A program made the translations under genes and the position numbers. The notes under the pieces are model-generated. The model saw only the letters and a list, made by a program, of their open reading frames with translations, did not search any database and was not told the origin of the DNA. Positions 12,167 through 21,217 of a stretch of 38,753 nt of DNA are shown in pieces. The stretch comes from Nitrospiraceae bacterium (GTDB taxonomy: Bacteria; Nitrospirota; Nitrospiria; Nitrospirales; Nitrospiraceae): assembly GCA_037442105.1 (NCBI GenBank), contig JBBIQV010000007.1, positions 62,001 through 100,753 of the forward strand, given 5' to 3'. Each line of letters begins with the position of its first letter. The first letter of the stretch is position 1.

Positions 12167-12209
12167 TCAGCTTTCAGCGATCAGCTCGGAGCTGATTGCT
12201 GAAGGCTGA
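12167..12209. repeat. Hairpin of TCAGCNN heptamers (21-bp arms)
   Basis: TCAGCTTTCAGCGATCAGCTC-G-GAGCTGATTGCTGAAGGCTGA; 19 of 21 arm positions are Watson-Crick complementary. Confidence 0.75.
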
Positions 12210-12225
12210 CCGCTTCCTTGCTTCT

Positions 12226-14055
12226 TCATTCCACCGTGACGCTCTTTGCCAAATTCCTCGGCTGATCGACATCCGCTCCGCGCAGCACCGCGACGTGATA
12301 GGCCAACAACTGCAGCGGGATCGTGAATAAGATCGGCGACAGCAACGGATGCGTGGCAGGAATCGTGAACACGGCGTCGACCGTCTTGCCCAACTCCCGC
12401 TCCCCTTCCGCGACGAAGGCGATCACCGGCGCATGCCGTGCTTTCACTTCCATCAAGTTGCTCACGGTCTTTTCATACAACCGATCCTTGGGAGCCAACA
12501 CGACGACCGGCATATCCTTATCGATCAGCGCGATCGGGCCGTGCTTCATTTCGCCCGCCGCATAGCCCTCGGCATGGATGTAGGAAATCTCTTTGAGTTT
12601 CAAGGCGCCTTCGAGGGCAACGGGGTAATTGATCCCGCGGCCCAGAAACAAGAAGTTCCGCTTCTTGTGATAGCGCTTGGCGATCGCCACGATCTCCGCC
12701 TCGCGTCCCAAGACCCTTTCGACGAGCACCGGCAACCTCACAAGGCGATCCAGCCAGGCCTTTCCGTCCGCCGCCGAGAGGACGCCGCGCACGCGCGCCA
12801 AATGCAGCGCGAGGAGGTAGAGCGCCGTGAGTTGCGCCGTGAAGGCTTTGGTCGAAGCGACGCCGATTTCCGGTCCGCAATGGGTGTAAAGGACGCCGTC
12901 GGATTCACGGGCCAGCGTGCTGCCCACCACATTGACGATGGACACGACCTTCGCCCCTTTTTCTTTGGCCTCGCGGGCAGCCGCGAGCGTGTCGGCCGTT
13001 TCACCGGACTGTGAGATGGTAATGAACAGATCTTCCTTCTGCACCAGCGGATCGCGGTAGCGAAATTCCGAGCCGATGTCCACCTGCACGGGAGTGCGGA
13101 CCATTTCCTCGAACAGGTATTTGCCCACCTGGCCGGCATGCCAGGATGTGCCGCAAGCCACGATCCATATCTTGCCGACCGCCGCGAATTGTGCGGGAGT
13201 AAGGCCGATGTCCGGCAGATCCGCCTCGCCTGTGTCGTAGGAATAGCGGCCGCGCATCGTGTCGAGGATCGTCTGCGGTTGCTCGTGAATTTCTTTCAAC
13301 ATGAAATGCGGGAACCCGCTCTTTTCTATGGCCGAAGCATTCCACGTGATCTTGGTCGGTTTTCGCTTAACGGGACGTCCTTCGATATCGGCGATATGGA
13401 TGTCGGACGCGGTGACCACCGCCACATCGCCCTCTTCGAGATAGGTCACGTCGCGTGTGTGTGCGAGCATGGCCATCACGTCGGAGGCCACGAATGTCGC
13501 CTGCTGGCTCCGGCCGACAACGAGCGGGCAGCCGGATCGCGCTGCCACGAGGGTATCCGGCTCCCCCTCCGAAATTACCGCAATCGCGTAGCTGCCACGA
13601 ATGTCCTTTGTGGCGGTTTGGACCGCCTCAACCAACTTTGCGCCCTTCTTGAGGTGCTTATCGATCAAATGGGCGACCACTTCCGTGTCGGTCTCCGACT
13701 CGAAGCGATAGCCGTCCTTCTCCAATTGCTGTTTCAATGGAACATAGTTCTCGATGATTCCGTTGTGCACGAGCACACAACCTCCGGACCGATGAGGATG
13801 CGCGTTCTGCTCGGACGGCTTTCCATGCGTCGCCCATCTGGTGTGTCCGATGCCGACATTCCCCTTGATCCCTTTTTCTTGAAGAGACTTCTGCAGATTG
13901 GCCAGCTTCCCGACGCTTCGTCGTACTTCGATCTTTTCGCCTTGCAACACGGCGACGCCGGCGGAGTCATAGCCTCGATATTCCAGCTTTGAAAGCCCAC
14001 TCAGAAGAATCGGGACGGCGTCCTGATTACCGACGTAGCCAACGATGCCGCACAT
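12226..14055 (-). CDS. glmS: Glutamine-fructose-6-phosphate transaminase
   Basis: MCGIVG, LEYRGYDSAG, GHTRWATHG, SQSGETADT, C-terminal PRNLAKSVTVE. Confidence 0.98.
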   Translation of the reverse strand: MCGIVGYVGNQDAVPILLSGLSKLEYRGYDSAGVAVLQGEKIEVRRSVGKLANLQKSLQEKGIKGNVGIGHTRWATHGKPSEQNAHPHRSGGCVLVHNGIIENYVPLKQQLEKDGYRFESETDTEVVAHLIDKHLKKGAKLVEAVQTATKDIRGSYAIAVISEGEPDTLVAARSGCPLVVGRSQQATFVASDVMAMLAHTRDVTYLEEGDVAVVTASDIHIADIEGRPVKRKPTKITWNASAIEKSGFPHFMLKEIHEQPQTILDTMRGRYSYDTGEADLPDIGLTPAQFAAVGKIWIVACGTSWHAGQVGKYLFEEMVRTPVQVDIGSEFRYRDPLVQKEDLFITISQSGETADTLAAAREAKEKGAKVVSIVNVVGSTLARESDGVLYTHCGPEIGVASTKAFTAQLTALYLLALHLARVRGVLSAADGKAWLDRLVRLPVLVERVLGREAEIVAIAKRYHKKRNFLFLGRGINYPVALEGALKLKEISYIHAEGYAAGEMKHGPIALIDKDMPVVVLAPKDRLYEKTVSNLMEVKARHAPVIAFVAEGERELGKTVDAVFTIPATHPLLSPILFTIPLQLLAYHVAVLRGADVDQPRNLAKSVTVE

Positions 14056-14057
14056 AG

Positions 14058-15629
14058 TTATCCCTTTCTCCGTTTGTTTGCCTTCGTGTGTTTCGAGACC
14101 AGGGGCTTGGGGCGAGAGGCCTTAGGTGGAAGGCGCCGATCGGTTTCCGACACGGTCCGCCGGCGAGCCGCCCAACCCGGACGGTTCACCTGGGGCACGC
14201 GCGAAATAGCCAACGCATCCGCGGGCACGTCCTGTGTAACGGTCGTACCGGCGGCAATAAGCGCTCCCTGACCGATCGTCACCGGCGCGATCAGTTGGAT
14301 ATCGCTGCCGAGAAAGACATTGTCTTCAATCACCGTACGGTGTTTATGGATACCGTCGTAGTTACACGTGATCGTGCCGGCTCCGATATTCACATTCTTG
14401 CCAATCTGCGCGTCGCCGAGATAGCTCAAATGATTCGCTTTCGACCCCTCGCCGAGTTCCGTCTTTTTCATTTCGACGAAATTGCCGACCTTGGCCTTTT
14501 GCCGCACAATCGCGCCCGGCCGCAAATGTGCGAAAGGACCGACGACCGCATCATCCTCGATCTGCGATTCTCGGAACACGCAGCTCTCGAGTACTTCCAC
14601 CCGGTTGCCGATCACGCAATCGGTGATGCGGGTATTGGGCCGGATCACACAATCTTCGCCGATGACGGTCATGCCTTCCAAGGTGACGTTCGGATACAGC
14701 ACCGTATCCCGACCGATCGTGACGCCGGCATCAATCCATGTAGTCGCAGGATCGCGCAAAGTGACCCCGGCCTCCAGCCAACGGTCCCGGATCTGTTGTC
14801 GGATCACGCGCTCCGCCGCGGCGAGTTGTTGGCGCGTGTTCACACCGAGTCCTTCTTCGGAGTCGCGCAATCGCACCGCGGACACGCGCAGACCCTGAGC
14901 CACCGCAACCTGCACGATATCGGTGAGGTAGTATTCACCCTGTGCATTCTGGGGTTGCAAGCGCTCGATCACGCTGAACAAAAAATCACCCGCTACGATG
15001 TAGGTGCCGACGTTGATCTCGCGAATACGGCGTTCCGCCGGGCTCGCGTCGCGGTCTTCCACGATGCACCGGACTCCTCCGGCCGGTAGACCATCGGCGG
15101 TGTCCGCCCCCGCCTCGTCCCGCACGACCCGCCCGTATCCGGTCGCATCGTCCAACATAGCAGTCAATACAGTGACCGTGGCTTTCTCGTTTTCGTGGAC
15201 GCGCAGCAACTCTCGAATCGTTGCATCGCTCAAGAGCGGAGTATCGCCGTTCAAGATAAGATAGCGCATTGGACTCGGGCGAGCGACCGTAAGAAAGGCC
15301 GGTTTGGTTTGCAACACCGCGTGGCCTGTGCCCAATTGTTGTTTCTGTTCGACGATTGCCAGCGGCAGTCGGTCGTTTCCTGTCGTTCGACGCTGTGCGA
15401 GCACGGCTCGGACCTGCTCAGCCTGATGGCCGATAACGACTGCTGTGCCTGCGTCGGCGAACCGTTCGGCCAGCTCTACGGCATACAGGACCATCGGTTT
15501 GCCCGCAACCGGATGGAGTACTTTACCACGCTTGGATCGCATCCGCGTTCCCATGCCGGCGGCCATCACGATGACGGCCAGTCCCTCGGCGGGAGATCGT
15601 TTGATGTGTAGGTCGGGTAATTGCTTCAT
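14058..15629 (-). CDS. glmU: Bifunctional UDP-GlcNAc pyrophosphorylase / GlcN-1-P acetyltransferase
   Basis: AAGMGTRMRS, QLGTGHA, GEYYLTD, GNFVEMKK, HLSYLGDA, TCNYDG and hexapeptide repeats. Confidence 0.97.
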   Translation of the reverse strand: MKQLPDLHIKRSPAEGLAVIVMAAGMGTRMRSKRGKVLHPVAGKPMVLYAVELAERFADAGTAVVIGHQAEQVRAVLAQRRTTGNDRLPLAIVEQKQQLGTGHAVLQTKPAFLTVARPSPMRYLILNGDTPLLSDATIRELLRVHENEKATVTVLTAMLDDATGYGRVVRDEAGADTADGLPAGGVRCIVEDRDASPAERRIREINVGTYIVAGDFLFSVIERLQPQNAQGEYYLTDIVQVAVAQGLRVSAVRLRDSEEGLGVNTRQQLAAAERVIRQQIRDRWLEAGVTLRDPATTWIDAGVTIGRDTVLYPNVTLEGMTVIGEDCVIRPNTRITDCVIGNRVEVLESCVFRESQIEDDAVVGPFAHLRPGAIVRQKAKVGNFVEMKKTELGEGSKANHLSYLGDAQIGKNVNIGAGTITCNYDGIHKHRTVIEDNVFLGSDIQLIAPVTIGQGALIAAGTTVTQDVPADALAISRVPQVNRPGWAARRRTVSETDRRLPPKASRPKPLVSKHTKANKRRKG

Positions 15630-15681
15630 TGCAAGGCAGCAGTTAACAAATCGACAGCGATGAAATCAAAACATTTCCGTG

Positions 15682-16356
15682 TCAGGCAATCGGTATCCCC
15701 GCTTCCGGTTGTTTCACCTTGGACCACTTGGCATTCTCAACCGACGCGGAACTCTCGGACGACGACGGGGTATAGAGACCGCCGGAGACGATCAGCTTCA
15801 TCGCCTCTTCCACGCTGACATCGACCGAAATCACTTCCTTCTCCGGGACGAGGAGGAAATATCCGGAGGTGGGATTGGGCGAGGTCGGCACGTAGACGTG
15901 GACCAGGTGATCATCGGGCGTCAAATCCTGCAGCTCCCCTTTCGTGACGCCGGTCACGAAGGCAAAGCAATAGTGACCGTTCTTGGGAAACTGAATGAGC
16001 ACCACCCGGTTGTAATGTTCGCGCTCGGTGAAGGACAGAATATCCATCATCGACTTCAAGGTGGAGTAGATACCGCGAACGACCGGCACGCGATTGAGCC
16101 AATCCTCCCAGAGCATCACGATACGTCGTCCGATGAAATTGGCCGCGAACAAACCGACTGCAAAGATCAAGAGCAGCAACGCCGCAATGCCGAGCCCCGG
16201 CACATAGTAACCGGGAGTCACAACGCTGGTCAGCATGTCCCCCAAGATGCTGTCGACTGTGACGAACAGAGTCTTCAAAATGAGGATCGTGCCCCAGATC
16301 GGGGTGATCACCAGCAGACCGGTCAAAAAGTATCGTTTTAATGAGGACTTCAGCAT
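15682..16356 (-). CDS. DUF502 domain membrane protein
   Basis: FLTGLLVITP, RVPVVRGIYS, VYVPTSPNPTSGY, EEAMKLIVSGG. ATG 16356 preferred (alternative 16398). Confidence 0.88.
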   Translation of the reverse strand: MLKSSLKRYFLTGLLVITPIWGTILILKTLFVTVDSILGDMLTSVVTPGYYVPGLGIAALLLLIFAVGLFAANFIGRRIVMLWEDWLNRVPVVRGIYSTLKSMMDILSFTEREHYNRVVLIQFPKNGHYCFAFVTGVTKGELQDLTPDDHLVHVYVPTSPNPTSGYFLLVPEKEVISVDVSVEEAMKLIVSGGLYTPSSSESSASVENAKWSKVKQPEAGIPIA

Positions 16357-16434
16357 GGAATTCCGGGGAAGCGCGAGCCCATTCCAGTGGTGGCTCATGA
16401 TACAGAGTTTGCACAGGCTGCCGCAAGCCTTTTC

Positions 16435-16463
16435 TTGCTATTTTCAATAACTTGGAATAGGAT
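16435..16463 (+). promoter_or_regulatory. Putative sigma70 promoter for tmk-holB-metG
   Basis: TTGCTA-17 nt-TAGGAT in the divergent intergenic region. Confidence 0.5.
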
Positions 16464-16501
16464 GCGCGCCGGTTTATTCACAGCCCTGAGCGGGGACGAG
16501 G

Positions 16502-17212
16502 TTGAAGGCCAACAAGGGGTCAAAGGCGGGGGTTTTCATCACTGCCGAAGGGATTGAAGGGAGCGGCAAGACGACTCAGATTCATCGCTTGGCCGAGACC
16601 CTGCGTGGACAAGGCTATGAAGTCGTCGAGACTCGTGAACCGGGTGGAACGTTGGTCGCCGAGGACATCCGCCGGCTGCTGTTGCAGATGGCGGGAGAGC
16701 CCATCACGCCTCAGAGCGAGGTGCTCTTGGTCCTAGCCGCTCGGAGCCAGCACATCGCACACGTGATCGTCCCGGCGCTGCAACGAGGTGCGGTGATCCT
16801 CTGCGATCGATTTTTCGACTCCACCCTCGCCTACCAGGGCTACGCACGAGGACTCAGCATACCTCAACTAGCCAAGCTCAATCGATTCGCCACGGGCGGG
16901 CTGGTACCCGACCTGACGTTGTTATTCGACGTGCCGGTTCCCATCGGTCTGGCGCGACGCCGAAAACAGGTCGCAGGACAGAATCGCCTGGATCGAGAAT
17001 CGGTGGAGTTTCACGAGCAGGTACGCAAGGGATTTCTCGCTCTCGCGCGGCAGAGCGACAAGCGTATCAAAAAGGTGAGCACGAGGCAGTCGCCCGACAT
17101 AGTGGCGCGCCGCGTGGCAAGGCTTGTCATAGAATTTCTCAACCGGCGTCGGAAAGTCGCACAGTCGTCGGGAAATAGAAACGTCGAAGGTCGCAAAGTC
17201 CTCAGGTCATAA
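16502..17212 (+). CDS. tmk: Thymidylate kinase
   Basis: EGIEGSGKTTQ, TREPGGT, LCDRFFDSTLAYQGYARG, PDLTLLFD. Confidence 0.96.
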   Translation: MKANKGSKAGVFITAEGIEGSGKTTQIHRLAETLRGQGYEVVETREPGGTLVAEDIRRLLLQMAGEPITPQSEVLLVLAARSQHIAHVIVPALQRGAVILCDRFFDSTLAYQGYARGLSIPQLAKLNRFATGGLVPDLTLLFDVPVPIGLARRRKQVAGQNRLDRESVEFHEQVRKGFLALARQSDKRIKKVSTRQSPDIVARRVARLVIEFLNRRRKVAQSSGNRNVEGRKVLRS

Positions 17213-17220
17213 CTCACCCC

Positions 17221-18246
17221 ATGCCCTTTCTCGATGTCGTCGGCCATGAACGTTCGAAGGCCCTCTTGCAGGCGGCGCTGGCGCACGACCGACTGGCCCA
17301 CGCCTACCTCTTTCATGGCGAATCCGGAATCGGCAAGCGGCTGATCGCCATCCGGTTTGCGCAAGCCGTCCATTGTGAGACCGTAGCCGATGCAGCGCCG
17401 GATGCATGCGGTGCGTGTCGATCCTGCCGACAAATCGAAGCCCGTACACACCCTGACTTCCTCGTCATCGAACCGGATGCCGAACAGGCCAACCCACAAA
17501 TCAAGATCGAACAGATCCGGGATATCGAACAGCAGGTCATCTATCGCCCCCTGATTGGAAACCGAAAGATTTGCGTGATCGATGACGCCGATCGGCTCAC
17601 CATCGGTGCCGCCAACGCCTTGCTGAAAACGCTTGAGGAACCGCCGGCTCACAGCCTGTTCATCTTGGTCACCAGTCGGCCGTTCGCGCTTCCCGCCACG
17701 ATTCGCTCGCGGTGCCAGTCTCTACGGTTCACGACGCCGGCGCGCACCCAAGTCGAAGCGGCGTTGATTCTGAAACGCGAGATCCCGCCGGCAGATGCCC
17801 GGTTTCTGGCGGTGTTGTGCGAAGGACGGATCGGTGAGGCGCTGCACACCGATCTGGGAAACGTGCGGAACACCCAACTAGAGTTCGGCCGGCTCATGTC
17901 TCCGTCGATGCTTCAATCGGCATCATCACTCCTGGCGGCCGCAGAGACGCTGGCAAAGAAAGAACAGAGCGCCGAAGCGCTGGAGTGGATAGGGCGCTGG
18001 ATGCGGGATCTTCTGCTCCTCCGCGTAGGCGCAGGGCCGGAAAATCTCTTGAACGTCGAGCAGCTTCCGGCGTTGCAGACCATCGCGGACAAGATATCGG
18101 TCGAGGTGCTCCTTGAACTGCTGGTCGAAACGGAATCGTTACAGCAACAAGCGCATCGCAACCTGAATCTCCAACTCGCCCTGGAAACCATCCTCCTGCG
18201 ACTGCGCGAGGCGACATCCGCTTCCGAGGCCGTTGCGGTCTGCTAG
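17221..18246 (+). CDS. holB: DNA polymerase III delta' subunit
   Basis: HAYLFHG..GIGK, CGACRSC, HPDF, AANALLKTLEEPP, TIRSRC; follows tmk. Confidence 0.95.
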   Translation: MPFLDVVGHERSKALLQAALAHDRLAHAYLFHGESGIGKRLIAIRFAQAVHCETVADAAPDACGACRSCRQIEARTHPDFLVIEPDAEQANPQIKIEQIRDIEQQVIYRPLIGNRKICVIDDADRLTIGAANALLKTLEEPPAHSLFILVTSRPFALPATIRSRCQSLRFTTPARTQVEAALILKREIPPADARFLAVLCEGRIGEALHTDLGNVRNTQLEFGRLMSPSMLQSASSLLAAAETLAKKEQSAEALEWIGRWMRDLLLLRVGAGPENLLNVEQLPALQTIADKISVEVLLELLVETESLQQQAHRNLNLQLALETILLRLREATSASEAVAVC

Positions 18247-18283
18247 CTTTCCCCTGCCCTGTCTTGGTATCTTCACCGTCATC

Positions 18284-20239
18284 ATGAGCCGGTCGCATAC
18301 CTTCTACATCACCACGCCGATCTATTACGTCAACGATGTGCCGCACATCGGCCACGCCTACACGACGATCGCGGCGGACGTCTTGGCGCGGTACTGGCGA
18401 CTCCGAGGCCGCGAGGTGTTCTTCCTCACGGGACTCGACGAGCATGGCCAGAAAGTGCAGCAGGCCGCGGCGAAAGCCGGCATCGATCCCCAGATCCATT
18501 GCGACAAGCTCGCGCCGCAGTTTCAAAATCTCTGGAAACGGTTGAACATTTCCAACGATGCCTTTATCCGTACGACCGACGCCGCGCACAAGGCCGTCGT
18601 GCAGCGGTATTTACAACAGCTGTATGACAACGGTCTCATTTACAGTGCGGAATATTCCGGCTGGTACTGCACCTTTGACGAGCGGTTCTGGACGGAGAAA
18701 GACGTGGTGGATGGCTTGTGTCCGGACTGCAAACGGCCGGTCGAGCGGCTGAGCGAAAGGAATTACTTCTTCCGGATGAGCCGATATCACGATCAGCTCA
18801 CCGACTACATCCGGACACATCCTGAATTTATCCGTCCGGACTCGCGCCGCTTTGAGGTGCTGGGATTTCTCAAGACCCAGAAGCTCGGCGACTTATCGAT
18901 CTCGCGTCCGAAGTCCCGTCTGTCCTGGGGCATCGAGCTGCCGTTCGATCGGGAGTACGTCGCCTATGTCTGGTTCGACGCGCTGGTGAATTACGTTTCA
19001 GCCTTGGAATATCTGGCGCCGGCGGGTTCGTCCGGTCGCTTCTGGCCGGCCAACGTCCATCTGGTGGGCAAGGATATTTTGACGACGCATGCGGTCTACT
19101 GGTCCACGATCCTCATGGCTCTGGACCTGCCCCTGCCCGAACAAATTTTCGCGCACGGCTGGTGGACCGTGAACGGCGAGAAGATGTCCAAGAGCCGTGG
19201 AAACGTCGTCGATCCCTACGCGATGGTGGACGAGTTCGGCGCCGATGCGTTCCGATATTTCCTGCTCCGCGAAGTGCCGTTCGGCTTCGATGGGGATTTT
19301 TCCCGCGAGGCGCTGATCCGGCGGATCAACAGCGAACTCGCCGACGATCTCGGCAATCTGTTGAGCCGAAGCCTGACCATGATCGAGCGATTCGCGAATG
19401 GGGTCATTCCTCATGCGGATGCCGATAAGAGCCTAACCGAGAAGGCCGGCGAGATCGTCGCCCGTGTGCATGTGCATATCGATCGTTTGGAATTTGGCAA
19501 AGCCCTTGAAGCCGTATGGGAACTTGTGCAATCGACCAATCAGTACATCGACATCGAAGCGCCTTGGAAACTGGCAAAACAATCCAACGCCACGGAGCAT
19601 CTCAGCGGCGTGTTGTTCCATCTTGCTGCTGTCCTTAAGACGGTCGGCGTCCTCATCTTCCCTTTCATGCCAAGCAAAGCTGAGGAAATCCTCAGACAGA
19701 TTGGATTGGCAGGGCAGCCTTCTGGCTCTTTCCCGCTCAACGCGGTGAACTGGACTGATCTACCCGGTCGCAGGATCGCTAAGGGAAGTCCTCTCTTCCC
19801 AAAGATCGAATTTACCCCACAAGGAGCCAACACCGTGAGCGATTCAATTTCTTTGTCTCAAACTTCTCCCGCGCCCCTCGCCCCAAGCCCCTCGCCCCAA
19901 GCCTCTCCTGCACCGTCCCAAATCACCATCGACGAGTTCCAGAAGATTCACCTCAAAACGGCCAAGGTCCTCAGCGCCGAACGGGTGCCGAAATCGGAGA
20001 AGCTGATTAAGCTGCAAGTCGATCTCGGCACGGAGCAGCGACAGATCGTGGCCGGCATCGGCAAGACATACGAGCCTGAATCGCTCGTGGGAAAGATGAT
20101 CGTGATCGTCGCCAATCTCAAGCCGGCCAAACTCATGGGCATTGAGTCCCAAGGCATGGTGTTGGCCGCCGGCGACAAAGAAGTGGGAGGGCTCGTCACC
20201 GTGTTGGAAGATATCGAGCCGGGCACAAAAGTGAAGTGA
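18284..20239 (+). CDS. metG: Methionyl-tRNA synthetase with C-terminal tRNA-binding domain
   Basis: FYITTPIYYVN, HIGH, KMSKS and C-terminal OB fold (RQIVAGI, NLKPAKLMGIESQGMVL). Confidence 0.97.
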   Translation: MSRSHTFYITTPIYYVNDVPHIGHAYTTIAADVLARYWRLRGREVFFLTGLDEHGQKVQQAAAKAGIDPQIHCDKLAPQFQNLWKRLNISNDAFIRTTDAAHKAVVQRYLQQLYDNGLIYSAEYSGWYCTFDERFWTEKDVVDGLCPDCKRPVERLSERNYFFRMSRYHDQLTDYIRTHPEFIRPDSRRFEVLGFLKTQKLGDLSISRPKSRLSWGIELPFDREYVAYVWFDALVNYVSALEYLAPAGSSGRFWPANVHLVGKDILTTHAVYWSTILMALDLPLPEQIFAHGWWTVNGEKMSKSRGNVVDPYAMVDEFGADAFRYFLLREVPFGFDGDFSREALIRRINSELADDLGNLLSRSLTMIERFANGVIPHADADKSLTEKAGEIVARVHVHIDRLEFGKALEAVWELVQSTNQYIDIEAPWKLAKQSNATEHLSGVLFHLAAVLKTVGVLIFPFMPSKAEEILRQIGLAGQPSGSFPLNAVNWTDLPGRRIAKGSPLFPKIEFTPQGANTVSDSISLSQTSPAPLAPSPSPQASPAPSQITIDEFQKIHLKTAKVLSAERVPKSEKLIKLQVDLGTEQRQIVAGIGKTYEPESLVGKMIVIVANLKPAKLMGIESQGMVLAAGDKEVGGLVTVLEDIEPGTKVK

Positions 20240-20380
20240 AGGGGCGAAAAGGGATCGGCCAGCCCCTATGCTCTGGTAGCCCGCACGATAAAAACGTGCT
20301 CGCCGGCGTGCGAAGAGCAGTCCAAACGGCTTCCCACGAGAAAGATGGCACCGAGGCAATTCTGTTCTGCCGGTTCGACC

Positions 20381-21217
20381 ATGCCATTTCTAAGTTTCCT
20401 CCTTGTCTTCGTATTGCCAATCACCGGTAGCGCATATGCCGCTGACGGGCCGATCCTGGACGAACATCTGAATGACCCTCTGGCGACCACCGTGCTGGTG
20501 CGGGTGGTCGCCCACGGATCAATGGTGCTCGGGCGGGAGGTGGGAGGGGCGCGCGTGACGATCACCGATGCGGCGACCGGCCATGTCCTCGCGTCCGGTA
20601 CGCAGCAAGGCGAGGCCGGTGATCAGAATCAGATCATGCACACCCCTCACATGATGGTGGAGCCGTGGTACAGCTCGACGCCGGCTGCATCGTTCACCAC
20701 CACGCTTTACTTGGAGAGGCCGACCCTCGTTGAAATTGCGGCTGAAGGTCCGCTCGCCTATCCGGCCTCGGCCCAGCGAGTGACCAAGACGATCTGGCTG
20801 ATTCCCGGCCACGATCTCATAAACGACGGTATCGTGCTCCATCTCTACGGGTACGTGGTGAACATTGAATCCCCCAGCCCCGGTTCGTCCCTCATTGCCA
20901 AGGATGATGTCACGCTGCGCGCCTCGGTTCGCACGCTCTCGGGCGCGCCTGTCCGCCCGCATGGCGATTGGGACTCGCGGAAGATGCATATCTACGGCGA
21001 GGTATTGATCGGCGACCGTGTGATCGAGCGCCTGCAAATGTTTTACAGCGGGGACAAGGCGAGCTTCGAGGCGCCGTTCTTTGTGCCGGTTCCCAAGGAC
21101 GCGCCGGACGGCATCGCACTGCGCGTCGTTGCGGCGGACGCGGCCAGTGGCAACTTCGGCCTGGGCCAGGCGAAGTATCCGGTGCTTTCGGAACGACTGA
21201 AACCCAGGAAGAATTGA
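20381..21217 (+). CDS. Exported hypothetical protein
   Basis: Signal peptide ending AYA-A; beta-rich sequence; TGATG overlap with ftsH. Confidence 0.75.
   Translation: MPFLSFLLVFVLPITGSAYAADGPILDEHLNDPLATTVLVRVVAHGSMVLGREVGGARVTITDAATGHVLASGTQQGEAGDQNQIMHTPHMMVEPWYSSTPAASFTTTLYLERPTLVEIAAEGPLAYPASAQRVTKTIWLIPGHDLINDGIVLHLYGYVVNIESPSPGSSLIAKDDVTLRASVRTLSGAPVRPHGDWDSRKMHIYGEVLIGDRVIERLQMFYSGDKASFEAPFFVPVPKDAPDGIALRVVAADAASGNFGLGQAKYPVLSERLKPRKN

Noticed and set aside
12167..12209. Hairpin near glmS considered as a glmS ribozyme, terminator or attC
   Set aside because: It lies downstream of glmS, has no U-tract and has no RYYYAAC/GTTRRRY ends. Treated as a heptamer repeat element.
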